Assembly (NCBI GenBank): GCA_947039455.1 | Contig: CAMQZB010000008.1 | Location: forward strand, 5,991 to 69,990 | DNA: 64,000 nucleotides | Direction: 5' to 3' | Source: an uncultured Clostridia bacterium | GTDB taxonomy: Bacteria > Bacillota > Clostridia > Christensenellales > CAMQZB01 | Part shown: positions 58,805-64,000 of the stretch, piece after piece | How the letters are laid out: every line of letters starts with the position of its first letter | Numbering within the stretch: position 1 is the stretch's first letter | The notes under the pieces: generated by a model | What the model saw: the letters and a program-made list of their open reading frames with translations, nothing else | Told to the model about the DNA's origin: nothing | The model's database searches: none | Made by a program: the position numbers and the translations under genes

Positions 58805-59607
58805 TGAGAGAATTTACTTTCGGTCAATATTATCCTGCCAATTCAGTAGTCCACAAAATGGACGCACGTGCTAAATTAATTATCACTATAGCTTTCATTG
58901 TTGCTATATTTGTAGTTGAAGGTTTTTTCAGCTTTATTTACGTTGCAGGATTCCTTGTTTTTGCTATATTACTAGCAAAACTACCTATCCGAGCAGTGGT
59001 AAAAACCATTAAGCCTATTTTGATTTTAGTATTATTTACAGCGGTTTTGAATTTATTTTTCTATCAAAAAGGAGAAATAATTTGGGAATTCGGCTTTATA
59101 AAAATACGTGACGAAGCTGTGAGATTTTGTCTTTACATGGCAATTCGCTTGATTCTATTAGTTATGGGTTCATCGCTAATGACATTAACAACCCAACCTG
59201 TGGAATTAACTGACGCAATCGAAAGTTTGTTGACACCACTAAAATGGGTGAGATTTCCAGTGCATGAATTAGCATTGATTATGAGCATAGCACTACGATA
59301 TATCCCAATCCTAATGGACGAAGCTGACAGGATTATTCGCGCTCAAAAAGCTCGTGGAGCTGATTTTGAAAGCGGAAACATTTTCGCAAGAGCAAAAGCT
59401 ATGATTCCAATATTGATTCCATTACTTGTTTCGTCTTTCCGCCGTGCAAACGAACTAGCGGACGCAATGGACGCAAGATGTTACAGCGGTGGTGCAAATC
59501 GTACTAAGTTCAAGCAATTCCACATAGGTCTTAACGATGTTATGGGTGTCATGAGCGTGGTATCTTTGATTATGCTAATTATAACTACAAATGCAGTTTT
59601 GTTTTAA
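58804..59607 (+). CDS. ecfT: ECF transporter transmembrane component T
   Basis: GQYYP, DARAK, AQKARG and AMDARCY motifs. Confidence 0.93.
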   Translation: MREFTFGQYYPANSVVHKMDARAKLIITIAFIVAIFVVEGFFSFIYVAGFLVFAILLAKLPIRAVVKTIKPILILVLFTAVLNLFFYQKGEIIWEFGFIKIRDEAVRFCLYMAIRLILLVMGSSLMTLTTQPVELTDAIESLLTPLKWVRFPVHELALIMSIALRYIPILMDEADRIIRAQKARGADFESGNIFARAKAMIPILIPLLVSSFRRANELADAMDARCYSGGANRTKFKQFHIGLNDVMGVMSVVSLIMLIITTNAVLF

Positions 59608-59872
59608 GATAATTTAACGAAAAATATAACAATAAATATTACACTAATTATAGCGTAAATTTCATGGAAAAATAATGAACTTTTTCACTACATTAGTAGA
59701 GATAATTTCCTATCTTAATATATAAGAAAATTATCCTATATATATAATGATAAGAAAAACCGAATTATATAAAGAAAAAATGAATATAAAAACAATGAAA
59801 ACTGACTGAATTTATTTCGCAGTTTTCTTGTTAGTTTTAAGAATAAATTATTTCAAAAAAGGAGTACTGAAA

Positions 59873-60607
59873 ATGCCAAGAGTAAGAGTAACAGTTGCAT
59901 ATGACGGAAGCGAATTTCACGGTTGGCAATTTCAGCCAAAATATCTCACTACCCAAAAAGTAGTTGAGGACGGCTTAGAGAAAATTCTTGGTGAGCGTGT
60001 GAAAGTGTATGCAAGCGGAAGAACTGACGAAGGGGTTCACGCCATCGGTCAAGTTTTTCACTTCGACCACAACAGCACAATCCCTGCGGAAAAATTCCCC
60101 CTAGCCATGCGCCGAGTACTTCCCGACACTGTCAGTTTCATGAGTGCGGAATTGGTTGATGATGATTTCAATGCAAGATATACTGCAAAGAAAAAAACTT
60201 ATCTTTACAAAATGTATTTCGGAAACGCCCCAATCCCTTACGAGCGAAAATATAAATTATATGTGGGAAGATCCGTTCAAGTAGAGAAAATGCGTGAAGC
60301 CTGTGAATGCCTTTTGGGTGAACACAATTTCACAGCCTTTTGCTCCACAGGTAGCTCCGCCACAACTCGTGTTCGAACTATTTTTGATGTGAATATTGAA
60401 GAAATTGGAAATGAATTGCATTTTAGAATTACGGGAAGTGGTTTCTTGTACAACATGGTGCGAATTATTGTTGGAACTCTTGTTGATATAGGAAAAGAGC
60501 GAAAACCAGTTGAGCAAATGAAGATTGCCCTAGAAACCATGGACAGAAAAAAAGCAGGACAAACAGCTCTCGCTTGTGGACTGTACCTTGAAAAAGTGGA
60601 ATATTAA
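59873..60607 (+). CDS. truA: tRNA pseudouridine(38-40) synthase
   Basis: YDGSEFHGWQ, SGRTDEGVHA and GFLYNMVR motifs; SD GGAG before ATG 59873. Confidence 0.95.
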   Translation: MPRVRVTVAYDGSEFHGWQFQPKYLTTQKVVEDGLEKILGERVKVYASGRTDEGVHAIGQVFHFDHNSTIPAEKFPLAMRRVLPDTVSFMSAELVDDDFNARYTAKKKTYLYKMYFGNAPIPYERKYKLYVGRSVQVEKMREACECLLGEHNFTAFCSTGSSATTRVRTIFDVNIEEIGNELHFRITGSGFLYNMVRIIVGTLVDIGKERKPVEQMKIALETMDRKKAGQTALACGLYLEKVEY

Positions 60608-60834
60608 ATTTTTTAGCAAAAAAGATTACTTATTATATTAGAAATAATGTCAGAAATAAAAAATAACATATTAAATTAAAAGTAATCATAAGAAACGAAA
60701 AACAACTTAATGAACCAGTGAACTAAAAAATACTGATTATAAGGGACAAATTAACATTTATGCCTTGAAAATTTACACTGAAATCAAAATATTCATGATT
60801 ATATAAAAATATTTTTACTAATCTTAAAAATTAC

Positions 60835-60863
60835 TTGACAAATCTTGACAAACAGTGTAAAAT
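60835..60863 (+). promoter_or_regulatory. sigma-A promoter of rplM-rpsI, followed by a ~115 nt leader (possible L13 leader)
   Basis: TTGACA-17 bp-TAAAAT. Confidence 0.7.
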
Positions 60864-60986
60864 TATAAGGCTGTGAAGTACGCTTTCTACACACAAATTA
60901 GCCCTTGTGCTGATATTTATTTGCGGAACGAATAAAAATCTTGTGGAAATGCGACATAAATCATTTAAAATACGGAGGATTAGGAT

Positions 60987-61418
60987 ATGAAAACCTATAT
61001 GGCAAATAACGACACTGTTGAAGCTAAATGGTATGTCGTAGATGCAGATGGTATGGTATTAGGACGCTTAGCGTCACAAGTAGCAACTATTTTGCGTGGA
61101 AAGAATAAACCAACATTTACACCTAACGTTGACTGTGGAGACCACGTTATCATTATTAACTGTGATAAAGTACGTTTAACAGGAAAAAAACTTGATCAAA
61201 AAGAGTACATTACTCACTCAGGTTACATTGGTGGATTAAAAAGAACAAAATATAGTAAGATGATGGAAACAAAATCTGATCTAGTTGTTTACACTGCTGT
61301 GAAAGGCATGCTTCCTAAAAACGTTTTGTCAAGCAGAATGTTGAAGAAGTTACGTGTATATAAAGGTGCTGAGCATAATCAAACAGCTCAATCACCTGAA
61401 GTTATCAAATTTAAATAG
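60987..61418 (+). CDS. rplM: 50S ribosomal protein L13
   Basis: [29 protein letters not shown] and KGMLPKN motifs. Confidence 0.98.
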   Translation: MKTYMANNDTVEAKWYVVDADGMVLGRLASQVATILRGKNKPTFTPNVDCGDHVIIINCDKVRLTGKKLDQKEYITHSGYIGGLKRTKYSKMMETKSDLVVYTAVKGMLPKNVLSSRMLKKLRVYKGAEHNQTAQSPEVIKFK

Positions 61419-61430
61419 GGGTGCAGAATT

Positions 61431-61847
61431 ATGGCTATTAAATCAATTAAGAAGAAAGTGCAATATTTCGGCACTGGCAGAAGAAAGAGCGCAATTGCGA
61501 GAGTTCGTTTGATTCCAGGCGGAAACGGAGCAATTATTATCAATGGCAAAACAATTGATGAGTACTACGGTGGAAACGAGATCGTTAAATTGATCGTTCG
61601 TCAACCTATGGCACTTACATCAACTACTGATAAATTCAACGTTATGGTTAACGTTATCGGTGGAGGATACACTGGTCAAGCTGGTGCAATCCGTCACGGA
61701 ATTACTCGTGCTTTATGCGAGTTCGACATCAACCTACGTCCTGAATTGAAAAAAGCTGGATTCATTACACGTGATCCAAGAATGAAAGAGAGAAAGAAAT
61801 ACGGTCTTAAAGCCGCGCGTCGTGCTCCTCAATTCTCAAAGAGATAA
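61431..61847 (+). CDS. rpsI: 30S ribosomal protein S9
   Basis: [12 protein letters not shown]; [26 protein letters not shown]. Confidence 0.98.
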   Translation: MAIKSIKKKVQYFGTGRRKSAIARVRLIPGGNGAIIINGKTIDEYYGGNEIVKLIVRQPMALTSTTDKFNVMVNVIGGGYTGQAGAIRHGITRALCEFDINLRPELKKAGFITRDPRMKERKKYGLKAARRAPQFSKR

Positions 61848-61881
61848 TTACAAGATTATATCTTTGGTCAAACAAGAATTC

Positions 61882-61913
61882 AAAAGACTGTACATTTATG
61901 TACAGTCTTTTTT
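61882..61913 (+). terminator. Rho-independent terminator after rpsI
   Basis: AAAAGACTGTACAT...ATGTACAGTCTTTTTT. Confidence 0.85.
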
Positions 61914-62051
61914 ATATGGCAAATTTTGTTTGCTATTGCAAATGACTGTTATATGTGGTATGATTACTATAAGAATCAAGGCAAGCAATAGATATTTATA
62001 GCTATATTGCAACTTGCTAAATGAAAATATAAATAAGAGAGGTAATGGAAA

Positions 62052-62588
62052 ATGAAGAAAACGTATAAAATACTTTGCGTTATGGCGCTTGTTGTAGCAG
62101 TATTAATAGTGCTATTATTTGTGTGGTCAGGTTATTTTAAAGATGTAAAATATATTGACGCTGAATATTATGGCGATAATGTAAAAAATTTATCTGATGA
62201 AAGCAGAGTTAGCGAAGTGAAATTTCTTGTGGAACTTGTAAATGTAAAAGATATCAGTGAAGAAGATAGGGGCATGATATTTATTCCATATGATGAAGAT
62301 TGGGATAATTCAAAAGGATATATATTTACCTTAAAAGAAAAAATCAATGGACAATGGAACGTCTACTCATTTTCCAGTTTTAGACACGCTAGTGCGAGAA
62401 GTGGTGCTTATTCATTTTTTGAGAGAAATACATCAATCTATTGTGAAAAATATGATGGTGTTGAAGTTGTCATTTACGCAGAGAGAAATTCTAGTTTATT
62501 TGGAAATGACCTTAGCTCAATAAATATTAAGGTCTCAAGAGACAGTCAGATGATGTATAAGACTAAATTAAAGATAGTTAAAGAATAA
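62052..62588 (+). CDS. Hypothetical membrane-anchored/exported protein
   Basis: SD GAGGT, N-terminal TM helix; no family recognised. Confidence 0.65.
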   Translation: MKKTYKILCVMALVVAVLIVLLFVWSGYFKDVKYIDAEYYGDNVKNLSDESRVSEVKFLVELVNVKDISEEDRGMIFIPYDEDWDNSKGYIFTLKEKINGQWNVYSFSSFRHASARSGAYSFFERNTSIYCEKYDGVEVVIYAERNSSLFGNDLSSINIKVSRDSQMMYKTKLKIVKE

Positions 62589-62856
62589 ATCAATAAAGAT
62601 ACTAACTAAAATTAAGAATCTAACCAAATAAACTATACAAAAAATAGCCTACTAATTTTCTAATTAGTAGGCTATAATTCTTTAATTTAGTTATGTTAAT
62701 TAATGTATTTGTTGGTAGTTGAAAGGTGTATAGTTGTTATGCTATTCGCCTATAAATTCTCTATAAACTAAATTGTTTTCTGTAACGAATAAGCAGGGCA
62801 CCTGAAAATACAACCAATGCGTTCCTGCCAAACTGAGCAAGTAAGAACGTAAATAA

Positions 62857-64000
62857 TTACAAGATTTTTTTAAGCAATTTAATTTTGTTTTTGTAAGGAG
62901 CGTATCTTACGTTGATGTCAATGAAGTTACCCTTTTTAAGAATACTTTTTGTGTGACTGAAAGTATTAAAACTTTCTTTTCCGTGGTATCGACCCATACC
63001 GCTTTCACCAACTCCACCAAAAGACAGGTGAGAGTTTGCCAAATGAATAATAGTGTCATTAATACAACCACCGCCAAAAATTATTGAACGCAAAATTTTC
63101 TTTTCTACAGCTATAGATTGAGTAAAACAATATAAAGCAAGTGGTTTTGGTCTGTTATTTATGGAAGTGATAGCGTGGTCAAGATTTGAATAAGACAAAA
63201 TAGGCAAGATAGGTCCGAAAATTTCATCTTCCATTACAACACTATCAAATGTGCAATTATCAACAAGAGCAGGGGCGATTTGCATAGTTTCAGGATTGCT
63301 TTTACCGCCTATCACATCAGTACTTTTGCTAATTAACTCACAAAGTCGATCAAAATGATGTTGATTAATTATTTTTGGATATTCAGTATTTGTTTCAGGA
63401 TTAGTGCCATAGAATAAAGTAATATATTTTTGAAGTGCGGTAACAAATGCATTTTTCACATTTTCATGCACCAAAATATAGTCAGGAGCAACACAAGTTT
63501 GACCTGAATTCAATAATTTCCCCCAAGCAATTCTTTTTGCGGATAAATCGATATTAGCTGTTTCGTCAACAATACAAGGACTTTTTCCCCCAAGTTCAAG
63601 GACGATAGGAGTTAAGTGTTTAGCTGCTTTTTCCATTATTAATTTACCAACAGTAGGACTTCCAGTAAAGAAAATAAAATCAAATTTCTCCTCTAACAAC
63701 ATAGTGTTTACTTCTCGTCCACCTTCAACAACGCAGATATATTCACTGTTGAAGTTATCAAGAATTTTCTTTATAACTTTTGATGTTGCTTTTGCATAGT
63801 TAGAGGGTTTTACGACAGCACAATTTCCAGCGGATAAAGCGCCAATAAGTGGAGATATAGTTAGTTGAAACGGATAATTCCACGGTGACATAATCAAAAC
63901 ACAACCTAAAGGATCGTGGTATTGATAACTTTTTGAAGGGAAATGCATAAGTGGAGTTTTGATTTTTTTGACTTTCGCCAGTGACTTAATATTTTTAATC
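62857..64000 (-). CDS. Aldehyde dehydrogenase (ALDH3-like), 5' end outside the window
   Basis: SPWNYP, FFTGS, LELGGKSP, NSGQTCVAPDY, EIFGP and FGGVGESG; frame open to the window edge. Confidence 0.92.
   Translation of the reverse strand, partial: IKNIKSLAKVKKIKTPLMHFPSKSYQYHDPLGCVLIMSPWNYPFQLTISPLIGALSAGNCAVVKPSNYAKATSKVIKKILDNFNSEYICVVEGGREVNTMLLEEKFDFIFFTGSPTVGKLIMEKAAKHLTPIVLELGGKSPCIVDETANIDLSAKRIAWGKLLNSGQTCVAPDYILVHENVKNAFVTALQKYITLFYGTNPETNTEYPKIINQHHFDRLCELISKSTDVIGGKSNPETMQIAPALVDNCTFDSVVMEDEIFGPILPILSYSNLDHAITSINNRPKPLALYCFTQSIAVEKKILRSIIFGGGCINDTIIHLANSHLSFGGVGESGMGRYHGKESFNTFSHTKSILKKGNFIDINVRYAPYKNKIKLLKKIL

Noticed and set aside
38-60540. Numerous short ORFs antisense to or nested in recognised genes (e.g. 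8005..8535, 15510..16205, 42701..43201)
   Set aside because: Shadow frames of well-supported genes, with no motifs or ribosome-binding sites

Overview
AT-rich chromosomal window from a spore-forming anaerobic Firmicute, probably Clostridia (spoVT-yabM-yabN, adhE with Rex boxes, nifJ/PFOR, nrdD/nrdG with NrdR boxes, valS, an aro operon, ecfAA'T-truA-rplM-rpsI). No rRNA, tRNA, CRISPR array or intact prophage is visible. The most unusual signals are non-coding. (1) A tandem array of three diverged ~120-160 nt candidate sRNA genes (34.9-35.6 kb) lies divergent from a CssRS-like two-component system; each has its own extended -10, a TTTTCA(C/T)-type upstream box, a conserved anti-Shine-Dalgarno-like core and a terminator. 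(2) A ~115 bp GC-rich multi-hairpin repeat family (5 related copies plus 1 divergent copy) coincides with local flips in C/A versus G/T strand bias, including at synonymous codon positions of flanking genes; a RAYT-like HUH protein with an altered catalytic motif lies nearby. (3) A Tyr/Phe-rich leader peptide and attenuator precede the aro operon. (4) A further stand-alone candidate sRNA sits at 23.9-24.0 kb. All calls come from reading the sequence by eye; no database search or folding program was run.
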